Source: Octopus vulgaris (lineage: Eukaryota). From it: 64,000 nt of DNA. The number at the start of each line of letters is the position of its first letter. The first letter of the stretch is position 1. The notes beneath the pieces were generated by a model. That model did not search any database and was not told where the DNA came from. It saw only the letters and a list, made by a program, of their open reading frames with translations. The stretch lies in the NCBI GenBank assembly GCA_951406725.2, contig OX597823.1, positions 62,124,001 through 62,188,000 of the forward strand, written 5' to 3'. Made by a program: the position numbers and the translations under genes. Below are positions 1-14,035 of this stretch, in pieces.

Positions 1-351
1 GTGCAAGGTTATTTTGTCTGCTGCTGTAATGATGCTGCCAACTCACTGGATGACCATGGGATTGCACTTAGAAAGTTTCCTTCCAAAGTCCAGGCAAGGT
101 TGTTTATGGAAGACCAACAAAATACCCATGCATACCAGCCTCCCTTCTCCATGCCACTGATGTTATCCAAATGAAAGGCAAAGGCCGATACAACTTGGCA
201 CCATTGACATCGCAACTCGTATCTACTGCTGAGTGACCTGGAGCAATGTGAAATAAAATATCTTGCTCAAGAACACAACACACAGCCTGGTCCAGGAATT
301 GAACTCACTACATCATGATTGTGAGCTTGACACTCTAACCACTGAGCTATG

Positions 352-394
<43 letters not shown>

Positions 395-2517
395 TAGGTG
401 CAGGCATGGCTGTGTGGTAAGAAATTTGCTTCCCAATGGCATAATTCTTGCTTCAGTCCTATCATGTGGCACATTGGGCAAGTGTCTTGTGCTATAGCTC
501 CAGGCCTTGTGAGTGGATTTGGTAGACAGAAACTGAAAGAAGCCCGTCATACTTATATAGATGTTTGTGTGTATTGCGCTTGTTTGACCCTCCCCACCAC
601 CACCACTTGACAACTATTGTTGGTTTGTTTCAGTCCCTCTAGCTTAGTGACAGCAAAAACAGACTGACAGAATAAGTACTAGGCTTAAAAGGCAGTGCTC
701 AAGCATGGCCACAGTCTAATGAGTGAAACAAGTAAAAGATACATACATGTATGATATGTACAGTACATATATGCACACACATTCACAAACATGCATTATA
801 CATATTACACTATGGCTGTTCTTGATGGCTTTCACAGAATTATACTTACTTTCTTTTTCCCCATTTACAAAGTTTCAATTTTAACTATTTTTATTTTGTA
901 GAATCAATTTTTCTCATCTATAATTGCACCAGAAATGTTTTGTTTATGTTTTTTCCTTTTATTTTTCGTTCTTTTTGACATCATATAGCACAATAAAATT
1001 ACAAAGGCTTGGGAATGCAACCAATTAGATGGAAAATGTTTTGTCATAATGAACAGTTTCCACATCAAATGGAAACTTGCCTATTTAAAGATCTTCGAAG
1101 AATTAGCTATTTATTTATTTATATATTTTCCCCTTTTTTTTTTTCATGTTTTCATTTTTAATACAGGTTTTCTGCTTTCCCACTTACCAAATATAGCTAA
1201 TTATATTCAGATTGGAACCAGACAATAATTCACTAGACCATAATAATTACACAGCTTTCAACATACACTTCCTTCTATTTCTTTGCATTAAGTCTTCTTA
1301 GCAAAAAGAAAAAAATTAAATTAAATTAAAAACTATTCAATATGCATTTTAGATTGTATTTTTATATAATATTTTGATTGGTAGGAGGAGTGACAGTAGG
1401 TTGCTTTCAAAGGACGAATGGATTTTTAGCAATGAAGAGTTTTATGTAACATTTACTATAACAAGGAATACAGTTCGAAAGTGTATTTCTCTCCTGGTTA
1501 TTATTTTAAGGAAATATATTGAATGCATTGACGCTGACTGTTCGCTTTATAATTAGTACATCAATGAATGTATCCCTGCTGTGTTTTAAATTGTTTCAAA
1601 TATAATGCATTGAATTAAAAGAGTGAAACAGAAGACCTTGTTATATAAGTAACATTTTTTTTTCAACATTAGATATATAATCTAAAGCAGTGGTTCTCAG
1701 CTTTTTGTGGTTTAATGTTCCCTTTCACTGAATGGTGCTTTACAAATGACCCCTCTGTATGTTGTGCAGATTGAAAGGTTTTGCATATATAATAAGAAGG
1801 AAAAGAAAGGAAGAAAGAATAAGTACAATATATATATATATTCTTTTCTACTTTAGGCACAAGGCCTGAAATTTTGGGGGAGGGGGCAGTCAATTAGTTT
1901 GACCCCAGTATGCAACTGGTACTTAATTTATTGACCCCGAAAAGATGAAAGACAAAGTCAACCTTGGCAGAATTTGAACTCGGAGCATAATGACAGATAA
2001 AATATTGCTAAGCATTTCACCCAGCATGTTAACGTTTCTGCCAGCTTGCCTTAATGTACAGTATATATAGCCACAGTTGTGACTGTGGTTGAGAAGCTTG
2101 CTTCCCAATTATGTGATCATGGGGTCAGTCCCACTGTGTGGCCCTTGGGCAAGTGTCTCCTACTCTAGCCTTGTGAGTGGATTTGTTAGACAGAAACTGA
2201 AAGAAGCCTATCATGTGTGTGTGTTTGTGTGTCACACAAACACTGGCATTTTTGTATTTGTGTGTGCATGTGCCTGTGCATGCATGTGTATGTGCCTGTG
2301 TGTGTGCATATGTATGCATCTATATTTATACATTTGAATGTGCATGAGCCTTCTCACATAAGATGATTAAAGAATTAATCAATCTAAGGTAAACGTAGTT
2401 CCTTGCAAAAAATCCAGGGCTAACTGGATAGGGGACAACAGCTTAGATTTCCTTATGATGCTATGATGCAAGGTGTCTCCATTGTTTTGTCCATCCCCTG
2501 TGTGTATATATATATAT

Positions 2518-2562
<45 letters not shown>

Positions 2563-4073
2563 TATATACACATACTGGTGCCACGAAAAGGAATTGTGAT
2601 GATGCTATATAAAATGTACTGGTGATGGTGCCATATAAAAACACCCAATGGTTCACATTAGAAAGGGCATGTAGCTGTAGAAACCATGCCAATCAGACTA
2701 TGGAACCTAGCGCAAACCCAGGCCTCGTCAGCTCCTGTCAAACCATCCAACTCATGCCAGCACAGAAAATAGGTGTTAAATGATGATGATTATGATCACA
2801 CACACACACACGCACATTCTTAATGTGCTTGTTCTTTTTTCTTATTTCTTTTTGTCTTCTTCCATTTATTCTTTTTACCTCCACTCACCCACTTTCAGAC
2901 TTGCTCAATTTTTTTTCTCTTTATTTCTTCATCATATGAAGTTGTCATTTTCATAGAATATTTTATTGTTTCATGTTTAGCATCTGTTGGTGTTTGCAGT
3001 TCAAATGCCGTTGAGTTTACTAAAATATATACCAGTGCTATGCTAAGGTTGATCTGACTTTCTATACTCTCCAACAAAATTCAACTTCATATCTAATCAA
3101 AAGAAATCAAAATAAAGTGAAGATCTTTACATTCTACATTTATTTATTTTATTGTTTTCACCTTTATTGTCACATACTCTATTAATATTTCAGCTTATTA
3201 ATTTTCGCATTTTCAATAACCAGTTGTCTGTTCAATGGTATCAAACAGGATCTTATTTCATGACATGTTGATATCAATTACAAAAGAAAAAAAGGTTATG
3301 CAAGTCGACTGCTTCAAAGCAAAGGTCATCGAGTGCTCAATAATAACTTGTGTTCGTTAATTACAATACAGCAGCCATATTCATTCTGAGATGTGATGAA
3401 AACATGTTGTTAATCAATGTATTGAATGTGGCTACCTGGTTGTTTTAATTGAATTTTTAACAGTGCTAAAGTGTAAACATTGTGAATAGTCGTATACTAA
3501 AAAAAATTAAGATTGCTACTTGTAAATTATTCACTTATTTCACTTCAAGCTGATCAAACTGAAAATTGTTAGTGCTTAAAGCTTAGATAATATTGCCTTT
3601 ATTTAACAGACTTCTAGCTTATATCTCTCATGTAAGTTGTTAGCTTAATAAATGATGGAGAATCTAATACAAAATTGATGGCTCTGGTCTGAATGTTTTA
3701 CAGTTATCTCTTTTCATGTTTGATTTCTGATTAAATCAAGTTGGAATCCACTCAAACATTCATATATAACATATCATAATTTTAATGTCTACTCTTCCAT
3801 GCTTGCATTGACTTGATGAAACCTGTTATGGCAGGTTTTTTTATGGCTGGAAACTCTTCCTGTAGACAACCCTCACCTGTTTCCATACAAGATAATATTT
3901 CCTCTAAGCCTTTGAACAATGAACAGCTCAATGGTTAGAAATGTTTTCATGAAAGACTAGGAACAAGCAACACTATCTCTATGAATGGTGACTTTGTTTA
4001 CAATCAGAGTCCAAATTTCAAGAGAAGAGGAAGACCACCTACACACTCTCACACACACACGCACGCACACACG

Positions 4074-4138
<65 letters not shown>

Positions 4139-5161
4139 CCTAGGTCATAAATATGTTCTCTTTTTGTATATATATCTATATCCTTTGGCTGCTAGATATA
4201 GGTTTTGAGGCAGAATCGCATATCCATGACTGTTGACTTGCCTCCAGTAAACCTATCCTTTTCCTTAATGACATGTAAATTTTGGAGAAAATCTTGATAC
4301 TTGAGGTTATCTCCCCCTTCTCATGTAAAGTTATTTTCAATTTACATTTGGTCAGTGTGACACATTGTCTAGAGGCAGAAATGATTTTAATAAGTCAAGG
4401 ATTTATGTTGTATGGTGTTTTATATACCTGTATTTGTCTATGTTGTTCACATACATCCACTAGTCACTCTGGGTTATTTAGTTTAGCTCATTATATATAC
4501 ATACATATATATATATATATATGTTATTGGCCATGCTGTAACCCCTGTCTCTAACCACTTGTTGTCACCCTCCTCTCACATTTTCAAACCTTACCCTCAC
4601 ATCCTTCTCAATCTCCTGTCTCCATTCTACTTTCAACTCATCTTCATGTGCCTTGGCATCTTGTCACCACAATCTTTATTTCCTTTCCCAACACCACTCT
4701 AATTATGTCTACCCACCCTTGCATAATATGGTGATTGGCCTTGTATCTACAGCAAGACACCTGTTCTATCATACATTAACTTCTCAGACCAGGCATAAAA
4801 CCACCTCACTACTACACTCTCATTCAGTCAAGAGGGATTTTGACTTCTTTTAGTTTGGTCCTTATTCTAGTAATCTCGTTAGCCAGTGCTACAAAATTAA
4901 GCACCCAGTACATTCCCTGAAGTTTCTGGCTTTAGGAAGAACTTCCAGTTGCAGAAACCATTTATTGTGGACATCATCTAATGTGTCCTTATCATTTTTT
5001 TGTTTTTTGAGGGATGTTTTGCTGTTATTTCAGGAACATCAAGTGATCATGTAGAGGCTTACTCATTTGCCCTTAGTTTTTAGTCTATAAGAAACTGACT
5101 TAACTTAATACTCAAAATAATTTGCCTAATTGTTACATAATGTCTTTCTCTATATTTTTAG

Positions 5162-5193
5162 GCCAAATGCAAGAACAATCAACGCCAAGCAAA
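5162..5193 (+). CDS. SNTG1: Gamma-syntrophin, probable short linker exon (32 nt)
   Basis: Pyrimidine tract ending TTTTTAG, then a GTAAGT donor at 5194. Read phase 1->0 it gives (x)QMQEQSTPSK and joins in frame to the exon at 23496. No recognisable homology, so support is splice signals and phase only. Confidence 0.6.
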
Positions 5194-5402
5194 GTAAGTA
5201 ACATCATTTACTTTCACTTATTTTACATACACCACTGTGAAGGTGCCTGGCCTGACCTGGTAGTTAGGGTGTTCAGTTCATGATCTTAATATCATGGGTT
5301 CAATTCTTCAACCCAGCAGCATGTTTGTGTCCTTGAGCAAGGTACATCAGTTCATACCACTCCAGTCTGCTGAGCTGAAAATGACTATCATTTGAGTGCT
5401 GA

Positions 5403-5451
<49 letters not shown>

Positions 5452-5771
5452 GTGTGTGTGTGTGTGTGTGTCACATTCTGGATTTTCTATTGGATCAAAT
5501 GGTGAGACAGGCAGACGGGTATCTGCATCTGCTCGGACTACACAGGCACCTAAAACAAATATAAAAAGCGCGGTGCATGTTACTAAGCTTTATTCAACAT
5601 GGGTGATGTATGATCTTAAAATAGATAACTTGTATTAAGTTTCTCCAGATCTTTTTTTCTTTTTGTAACTATAGTTAATTAAAGGCCTAAATATCTATGT
5701 AATTATTCATGTTGTCACCTTTCAACTAGAACATCTTTTTATTTCATTTTTGTTTTAATATTTACATCAAC

Positions 5772-6040
5772 AAGGGTGGTGAGCTGGCAGAACCATTAGC
5801 ACAAGGCGTCGAGCTGGCAGAATCGTTAGCACGCCGGGTGAAATGCTTAGCAGTATTTCGTCTGCCGTTACGTTCTGAGTTCAAATTCCACTGAGGTCCA
5901 CTTTGCCTTTCATCCTTTTGGGGTTGATAAATTAAGTACCAGTTACGCACTGGGGTCGATGTAATCGACTTAATCCCTTTGTCTGTCCTTGTTTGTCCCC
6001 TCTATGTTCAGTCCCTTGTGGGCAATAAAGAAATAAGAAC
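5772..6040 (+). mobile_element. tRNA-derived SINE family B (GAGCTGGCAGAATCGTTAGC head; GACTTTGCCTTTCATCC core, Nin/MESC-like); duplicated head
   Basis: B-box GAGTTCAAATTCC. Other copies at 28740-28965 -, 1845-2052 -, 7640-7835 +, 6040-6190 +, 52280-52390 -. Confidence 0.85.
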
Positions 6041-6577
6041 CATTAGCACATAAAGCAAAATGCTTAGTGGCATTTCAGCCGTCTTTATGTTCTGACTTTA
6101 CATTCCACCAAGGTCAACATCACTTTTTATTCGTTTGGTGTCAATAAAATAAGTACCAGTTGATCATTAGGGACAATGTAATCAACTTACCTCCTATGTC
6201 ATTTCTTGTAGCTCAGTGATTTTTGGAGAAGGGCAAATGTAAATAAACATACAGGCATACTCAAATATGAGTCAAGCTCTGAATACACACCACAGTTATT
6301 CTGCTCCATCAATGTATTTGAGAACCGTCTACTACCAACACACCAATACTACCAATATTATCCAGCTACACCTGTGAGTGAAATGTAACTTAGAAACCTG
6401 TTATGTCAACTGATGTGGTTTCTTCTGCACTTTGGGGTGTATTTGATTTCATTATATCGTTCCCCACTCACAAGGGAGCAGTACAAAAGTATGCTGAAAC
6501 AATTGTTGTGATAAATATAGTTTTCAGCACACTCCGTATCAATCATTTAGAATATATATATATATATATATATATAT

Positions 6578-6738
6578 AGGTATTGGAGTGGTTGTGTAGT
6601 AAGAAGCTTGCTTCACAACCACTTGTTCTGGGTTCAGTCCCACTGCATGATACCTTGGCCAAGTGTCTTCTACTATAGCCTCAGGCCAACCAAAGCCTTC
6701 TGAGTGGATTTGGTACACAGAACCTGAAAGAAGCCCAT

Positions 6739-6772
<34 letters not shown>

Positions 6773-7020
6773 TATATATATATACATACATACATATACA
6801 TGTGTGTGTGTGTGTCTGTCTGTATTTGTCCACCACCCCCCATCACCACTTGACAACTGGTGTTGGTGTGTTTACATCCATGTAACTTAGTTTGACAAAA
6901 GAGGCTAATAGAATAAGTATCAGGCTTAAAGAATAAGTACTGGGGTCGATTAATTCGACTAAAAATTCAAAGCAGTGCCCCAGCATGGCTGCAGTCTAAT
7001 GACTGAAACAGGTAAAAGAT
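6578..7020 (+). mobile_element. SINE family A copy (other copies: 397-740 +, 2070-2215 +, 9735-10105 -, 19000-19260 +, 24385-24700 -, 26190-26330 -, 34672-35035 -, 37700-37945 +, 54845-54990 -, 62278-62640 -)
   Basis: Shared blocks GTGAGTGGATTTGGTAGAC.GAAACTGAAAGAAGCCC and GATAGAATAAGTACTAGGCTT. Confidence 0.85.
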
Positions 7021-7183
7021 ATACATATATATTCATTCATTTGTATGTCCATTTGTCTATCTGTCCATTTACTTGGTTAACCTTGGTCTGTAGTAGAATA
7101 TATAAGGTGCCATCCAGTAGAACGGAACATTAAACAACATAGTTGGAAACCAGACTTGAGTACACAGCTACAAAGTTGTACAT

Positions 7184-7215
<32 letters not shown>

Positions 7216-7914
7216 TATTATCATCATCTACACACACATATATGTAGCACTGTAAAATGTTTGTAACATTTGAAAAAAAAATTTTTATGCTCATTTTTGA
7301 AAATTTTCTTTAAATGTAATAAAGTCTTGGTAGTTCTTAATCTTTCATGACATTAAGAACAGTTAAAATTTGATGTCTCTAGATATTAGTAATTTTGCTA
7401 CCATATTTCAAATGAAGTATGCACTTCACATGTCTAACTTAATTTAGAAAATATTCAAGAATTTGACTGAATTCAGTAAAATAGTATCCTAGACACATTG
7501 TGTTTAAAAAAATACCAAGATGGTCACTGCTGAAATATCATTGGTCATAAGTCGGCTGAATCAGAGCTAATGTGGGATGCACAAAAGCAGTAACCCTTTC
7601 AATATTTCAGTCTCAAAAAAGGCAGTAAGTGGGCAGAATCATTTGCATGCCAGGCAAAATGCTTCATGGAATTTCGTCTGCCATTACATTCTAAGCTCAC
7701 ATTCCACTATGGTCGACTTTGCCTTTCATCCCTTCAGAAATGATAAAATAAATACTAGTTGCGCCTTGGGGTCAATGTAATCAAATTACCGCCTCCCCTA
7801 AAATTACTGGCCTTGTGCCCAAATTTGAAACCAATATTTCAGTCTCAAATGTGTATTTTAGACTCTGTTTGATGCCAACCTTGATGATAATCTATCCTGT
7901 TGTTTAATCTATAC

Positions 7915-8061
7915 CACTCATGGGCAACCTTCAGTTTGCAAGACTTTCTGAATGGCACACCTAATGAAAAATTTCCTTGAATTTTTTTCAGTAGTATGGC
8001 CTGCCTGATGACAAGCCATGTCTCATGCAGCACACTTCTCAATAAAGGTTGCCCATGCCTG
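7915..8061. mobile_element. Small hAT-like MITE
   Basis: CATGGGCAACCTT near 7919 and AAGGTTGCCCATGCCTG near 8045-8061. Confidence 0.55.
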
Positions 8062-8309
8062 ACCTACACCATCAATAAATGTGGTGACAAAATTTAAGTA
8101 CATTGTTTTAAAGCTTTGATGATTGTTTTATTCTTCAGTATATCAAAAGGTAATGCTTAATATTGTGTGGTGTTATATAATGTGTATAACATACAACAGT
8201 TTTTGATGATATCTAAACCCAAGATGAAAGGGCATTTCTTCATCAAATCTCTGTGTCACTTTTTTTAAAAACATGGAAAAATTTAGACCTAGTTATACTA
8301 TCCACCTTT

Positions 8310-8628
8310 CTTTTTATGCTTGGTGGTTGGTGTTAGGAACGGTGGGAGGGTTTGACAGGAGCTGTAAAAACCCTGCCAAAACAGTCTGGTGCAGGGTTCT
8401 GCCTGGCCAGCTCCTGTCAAACCCTCCCACCCATGCCAGCATGGCAGACAGACATTAAATGATGATGAGTGGTTGGCGTTAGGAAGGGCATCCAGCTGTA
8501 GAAACACTGCCAGATCAGACTGGAGCTTGGTGCAGCCTTCTGGCTTCCCAGATCCCTGGTCGAACCATCCAACCCATGCTAGCATGGAGAACGGACATTA
8601 AACGATGATGATGATGATGATGATGATG
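8310..8628 (+). mobile_element. SINE family D 3' modules in tandem (GGTTGGCGTTAGGAAGGGCATCCAGC ... CCAACCCATGCTAGCATGGA ... (GAT)n), RTE-type tail
   Basis: Other copies at 2570-2795 +, 8742-8890 -, 21325-21540 -, 21711-21858 +, 23857-24140 -, 36995-37145 +, 37160-37340 -, 39706-39945 -. Confidence 0.8.
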
Positions 8629-10766
8629 TAGCATAATTAGGTTAAAGTTTTGTTGCCATTTCCAGCTGATTAAGCACCTACATGGAGCTTCTTCCATTGG
8701 CTTGACTGCTCACTGTCTATTCATTTAGCTAGTTTAAGGTTATCATCATCATTTAACGTCTGTTTTCCATGCTGACATGGGTTGGATGGCTTGACAGGAG
8801 TTGACCCACTGAAGAACTGCCCACGCTACATGTCTGTTTTGGCGTGGTTTCCATGGCTGGATGCCATTCCTAACGCCAACCACTTTACAGTTTTCTCTAT
8901 AGATTTTCAGTAGAAATTACTACCAGCACTGATTTGTTACAATGTTTTGTATCTGAGGACATCTAATGTAAACAATGCAGTTGAAGATAGATTAAAGATA
9001 TACCTGCCTGTGAAATATTCAGCTATTTATGCATTCATTTAGTGAACAGATAGATCAGTTGATCATCACTGAAACTGATGAAGATCCATTTACTTACAAA
9101 TTACAATATATTAGCAACTTCTCTGTTTTCTATATTTATATCAGTTCTCAATACATTGATCAAGAATGTTTAGATTTAGCTTTGAATTGATCAACTACAA
9201 ACACTGCTAGTGCTGCTGCTTAGAAAGTCTCGTTAATTTTCCTGTAAGCGATTTCATTAATATATAATGTCTCATTATCAATAACTCCCTTTCCTTGCTC
9301 TCTTTCCACCACCACCACCCTTCCCCCACCATTAATGTATAGTTGTTTACTACCCAAGGAATGGCTTATAAAATGCGTAATCAGTTCGTTTTGAGACAAT
9401 TCACTTATGAGATAATGTTTTCCCCTCTACCGTTGTCACATCTTTGTACACTTTACACCATTGTACCAGTTTCCTGTTCTTATATATGATCTATGTATGC
9501 GTATGTGCTTGCATGCACATGTATGTAGATATATACATGTGTGTATTTATGTTTGTGTTTGTGCTTATATAGATAGACAGACAGACAGACAGACCGACAT
9601 ATGTATACACATGTAGATGTACTCATCTGAAATAATCATTAGCCAAGTGTTTGCATCCCTCTCCTTTTATTGGGTCCAAGAATGGAGAGGTGAGGGCCAA
9701 GAATGTGCCTGTGTCTGCTTGCAACTTCTTATTTCAGTCATTGGACTGTTGCCATGCTGGAGTTACCATTTTGATGCGTTTAAGCAAACAAGTCAACCCC
9801 ATTATTTATTTTAAAGTCAGGTACTTATTCTTTTGGACTCTTTTTGCTGAACCATCATGCTATGGGGTTACTAACAAACCAACACCAGATGTCAAGAGAT
9901 TAAAGACAAACATATACTCATAAACAATATATAATATATACATGATGGGCTTGTAAACAGTTTCCATCTCCTAAATCACTCACAAGACATTGGTTGGCCT
10001 GGGGTTATAGTGACAGATATTTGCCAAATGCCTCACAGTGGGCCTGAACCCAAAACCATGCGGTTGCCAAGGGAACTACTTAACCACACAGCTATTCCTG
10101 CACCCACTATGAAATGAACTGCCTTTGACAGCACAAGTGCTTATATGCTTTATATATAGCATGTATTAAATGCTGTACATAATGACATGTATTCAATGCT
10201 GTGCATCATTGATTTCAAATTTATTGGAATTTCTCTCTCAGTTGGAGACAGGGAAACAAAACCCTGACTGTAATTGTTTGTCATTCTTGAAGAGCTGGGG
10301 AGATCATTTCAAGTAATTAAGAAAAAATTTTTCAAGTTAATTTTTATTCTAAGAGAAAGCACAGTGGAGTGCAAGGCAGTGAACAAGATGAAAATTAGGT
10401 ATCATGCACGAGAGAGGAGTGTGTACAGAATTATAGTAGAATGCTTTCTTTTACTAATGTTGTCAAATGCATTGTAATGCCATTACAATAAATTGTCGAA
10501 TGAGCAGAATGCATGAGAGAGAGGGGAAGGGAAGCAGTCATTCAAGTTGACAAATATACAATTGAAAGATATTTAAGGATATGAAGACAAGGAAAGCAGC
10601 TGGTCATTATGAACAGCCAGCAAAATGCTTGAAGTATTTTCCAAAGAAGGTCATGTGCAAATGTCACTTTCTCATTCAGTTAAAGAATACCAGAAGGTTT
10701 CACACCCTATAAGAAGCATTGCAGTGTCATCATCAATTTGTCAAAAGGAAAAAAGATGCTATGTAG

Positions 10767-11760
10767 CAGGGGTTCTCAATCATTTCTTATTTGTGAACCC
10801 CTTTGGTTATCATTTAAGTCTGGTGGACCCCATAACCATTTGATGTTTATAAACTAGTTTTATTCTTACTCTTTTACTTGTTTCAGTCATTTGACTGTGG
10901 CCACGCTGGAGCACCACCTTTAGTTTTGCAAATCGACCCCAGGACTTATTCTTTGTAAGCTTAGTACTTATTCTATCAGTCTCTTTTGCTGAACCGCTAA
11001 GTTACGGGGACGTAAACACACCAGCATCGGTTGTCAAGTGATGTTGGGGCGACAAATATAGACACACAAACACACACGTAGTGCCACCTGAACTGGCTTC
11101 TGTGCCGGTGGCACGTAAAAAGCACCAACCGATCGTGGCTGCTGCCAGCCTCCCCTGGCACCTGTGCCGGTGGCATGTAAAAAGCACCCACTACACTCAT
11201 GGAGTGGTTGGTGTTAGGAAGAGCATCCAGCTGTAGAAACACTGCCGGATCAGACTGGAGCCTGGTGGAGCCTCCTGGTTTCCCAGACCCCAGTCAAACC
11301 ATCCAACCCGTGCTAGCACAGAAAACGGATGTTAAACGGTGATGATGATGATGATATATATATGACGGGCTTCTTTCAGTTTCCATCTACCAAATCCACT
11401 CACAAGGCTCTGGTCAGCCCGTGGCTATAGTAGAAGACAATTGCCTAAGGTGCCACGCAGTGGGACTGGACCCGGAACCATGTGGTTGGTAAGCAAGCTA
11501 CTTACTACACAGCCACTCCTACACCTGTAAATTTATAGAAATTTCTTTTAAAATTCCTATTTTGTTTTTCACTAGAACTATGTAAAATTCTAAAGAAAGA
11601 AACCTTGCTGTTTCTTGCAATACATACATCTAAAGCAAAAATTTTTCAGGTGGCCTTAAAATACTGTTGTGGGTCCCTAATCTGCTATTTTGTTGTGAAG
11701 ACCACTAAAAGTCTTTTATGTTACCTCAGGAGTGATACGGACCCCTGTCAAGAACCACTT
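10767..11760. mobile_element. hAT (Charlie/Buster-type) MITE hosting nested SINEs
   Basis: Ends CAGGGGTTCTCAA ... GTCAAGAACCACT. Degenerate 8-bp flanks CTATGTAG / CTCTGGAG. Confidence 0.6.
10866..11525 (-). mobile_element. SINE family A copy with a family D SINE (about 11080-11355, +) inserted in its microsatellite
   Basis: Reverse complement of the family A head at 11400-11525 and tail at 10866-11070. Confidence 0.88.
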
Positions 11761-12419
11761 CTCTGGAGGGTGACTTGGTTACAAAGATATCAATTTGATG
11801 GGTCAGGTTACTAAAGTTACAACTGGTTAGGAAAAAAATTAGCCTGGATGAGATGAAATTTGGGTTTATTTGAGGATAAAGTACTACAGTTGCCTGCTTC
11901 CTAGTGAATCAGCTACAGAAGAAATACTAGCTAGAAATTTGCCACATGACTTTTGTTAACCTTAAAGTTTTTAACAGGATTCTATACTCTGTAGGTTGGG
12001 TACTTAAAAAACTATATTGTGAGTGCCATGCAAGTAATGTACAGTGGTGATGTTAGCAAAGTGATAGTTCAGCATTAGTCCTGCTTGGGTTTTACTGCAC
12101 AGATTGATGTACACCAAAGCTCTGTTCTCAGCTTTTCTGAGGCAGTGGAGTTATAGATTTTTAGGCCATGATTGAGAACTTTAAGACCTCTTGTCTGTGA
12201 AAACTCTCATATGCCAACAACATAATTCCCATTGCAGAATTACGTAGCTAAAGATTTTGAGAAGAAATTCCAAATTCTAATGCAAAAACCTTAAATCAAG
12301 AAGCTTCAAAGTAAGTCTAACAAAGACTTGAATCTTAGCTGAAAATTTTGGCATTGGGACCTTTTCTGCAGGAAATCTTTGAAGAATTGGTGTTTTGAGC
12401 TGACTTCTCTGTTCTGTCG

Positions 12420-12519
12420 TGTGTGTGTGTGTGTGTGTTTTTAAATGAAACAGATGTAAGCCATGGAATAAATATGGTACTAACAACTCCACTTTTTTAT
12501 ATATATGTGTGTGTGTGTG

Positions 12520-12563
<44 letters not shown>

Positions 12564-13508
12564 CATACATACATACATACATACATACATACATTCATTC
12601 ATTCATTCATTTATTTATTTATTTATGTATATAGATATATATACATACACATATATTTATTTCGTAAATATGTGTGTGTATGTATGTATTGTTCACATAT
12701 GAATCTAATATAAAATATGGAAAACACATGTGTATATTATATATATTTGCGTGTGTACATTATGTATATTGTGTGTGAGAGAGAGAGAGGGTAGGGAGGG
12801 AGAGAAAGGTTTATTTAGATACAGATATCTCTTCTTTCATCTTCTCAACTTCCTTCATCAAGATTTATTCAAATCTCTCAATCTTTATTTCGTTGTTGTT
12901 TTCTACGCTCACTCATTGTTTGAGATGAGAAATTCTCTAGAAATATTCTCCATATCTTCCTTTATATTCTTTACATCTTTTAGCACAATTATTCAACCAT
13001 TGTCACTAGAAACAGTTTTCTTTGAATCTCTTTGTTCATTATGCATTCGTATGTGTCTGCATGTGCGTGTATGTGTCTGCATGCGCATGTATGTGTCTGC
13101 ATGTGCGTGTGCATGTCTGCATATGTGTGTATGTGTCTGCATGTCTGTGTAGGTGTGTGCTTGTATGTGTATGTATGCAGTACATTTTTACATATGTTTA
13201 TACATGTATTTGTGTATATATGCACATATCTGTTTATATATGTTCATGTACATATGTGTCTTTATATGTATGTGTGTGTATATGTTTGTGCATATATATG
13301 TCTTTGTCTGTGTGTGCATACATATGTGTGTGTGTGCATATAGGTGTGTGTATATGCATGTGTATATGTGTATGCACATATGTAAGTTCATATATATTTG
13401 TATATATATGTGTGTGTGTGTGTATGTATATTTATTTGTATGTATATATATATATGTGTGTGTGTATGTATACATATATATACGGATGTGTATATGTTTA
13501 TGTATATG

Positions 13509-13544
<36 letters not shown>

Positions 13545-13580
13545 TGTGTGTGTGTGTGTATGTATATATATGTATGTATA
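12420..13580. repeat. Long compound (TG)n/(TA)n/(CATA)n low-complexity tract
   Basis: Directly visible; it explains the many Y/I/C/V/M-rich ORFs. Confidence 0.95.
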
Positions 13581-13659
13581 TTTTTTTTTTCTGTAGTTTC
13601 AGCTCAGAGCTGTGGCCATGCTAATGCACCGCCGTTTTGCTACACTGTCATTACTGAGA

Positions 13660-14035
13660 GCCTCCTCCGATATGTAGCACTTGGTGAAGAATAGAGTTTG
13701 ATATAACAGTAAAGACCTGAAAACAGTGTATCACTTTATCGGACAAGTGTTTGGTCCTCGGTCTTCATTTGTGGTACCACTCAAGTCTAAAGGCAGCTGC
13801 TATCTCTTCAAGGACCATGAGGGTCTCATGAAACGTTGGACTGAGCACTTCACTGATCTCTTTTATAATCCTTCAGTTATTGGTGAAAGTGTCATCGGTA
13901 ATCTGTCCCAAAAGGACATCATTCATGAGATGATGGAACATCCAACTATAGATGAGATCAAAAAGACAATCAAAGAATTAAATACTGGGAAGGCACCAGG
14001 TCTTGACGGTGTTCCTGTTGAAATTCTCCTCCATT
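13660..14035 (+). mobile_element. RTE-clade LINE fragment (region just upstream of RT)
   Basis: KRWTEHFTDLFYNPS...PTIDEIKKTIKELNTGKAPGLDGVPVEIL motif. Confidence 0.8.

Noticed and set aside
1374-1556. Possible syntrophin exon RRSDSRLLSKDEWIFSNEEFY
   Set aside because: Weak acceptor and donor, no homology, and phase does not fit the preferred reading of the 5162 exon.
2981-3047. AG..GT-bounded 67-nt candidate exon
   Set aside because: Poor donor (GTTGAT) and no phase combination leading in frame to 23496.
3321-3328. Recurrent AAAGGTCA nuclear-receptor sites
   Set aside because: A handful of hits in 64 kb of AT-rich DNA is not clearly above chance.
12238-12310. Candidate exon ending at a GTAAGT donor
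   Set aside because: Stop codons in all three frames.
12277-13694. Many long overlapping ORFs (up to 200 aa)
   Set aside because: Translations of TG/TA microsatellites (YIYI/CVCV); same for the ORFs at 50044-50530 and 23084-23458.
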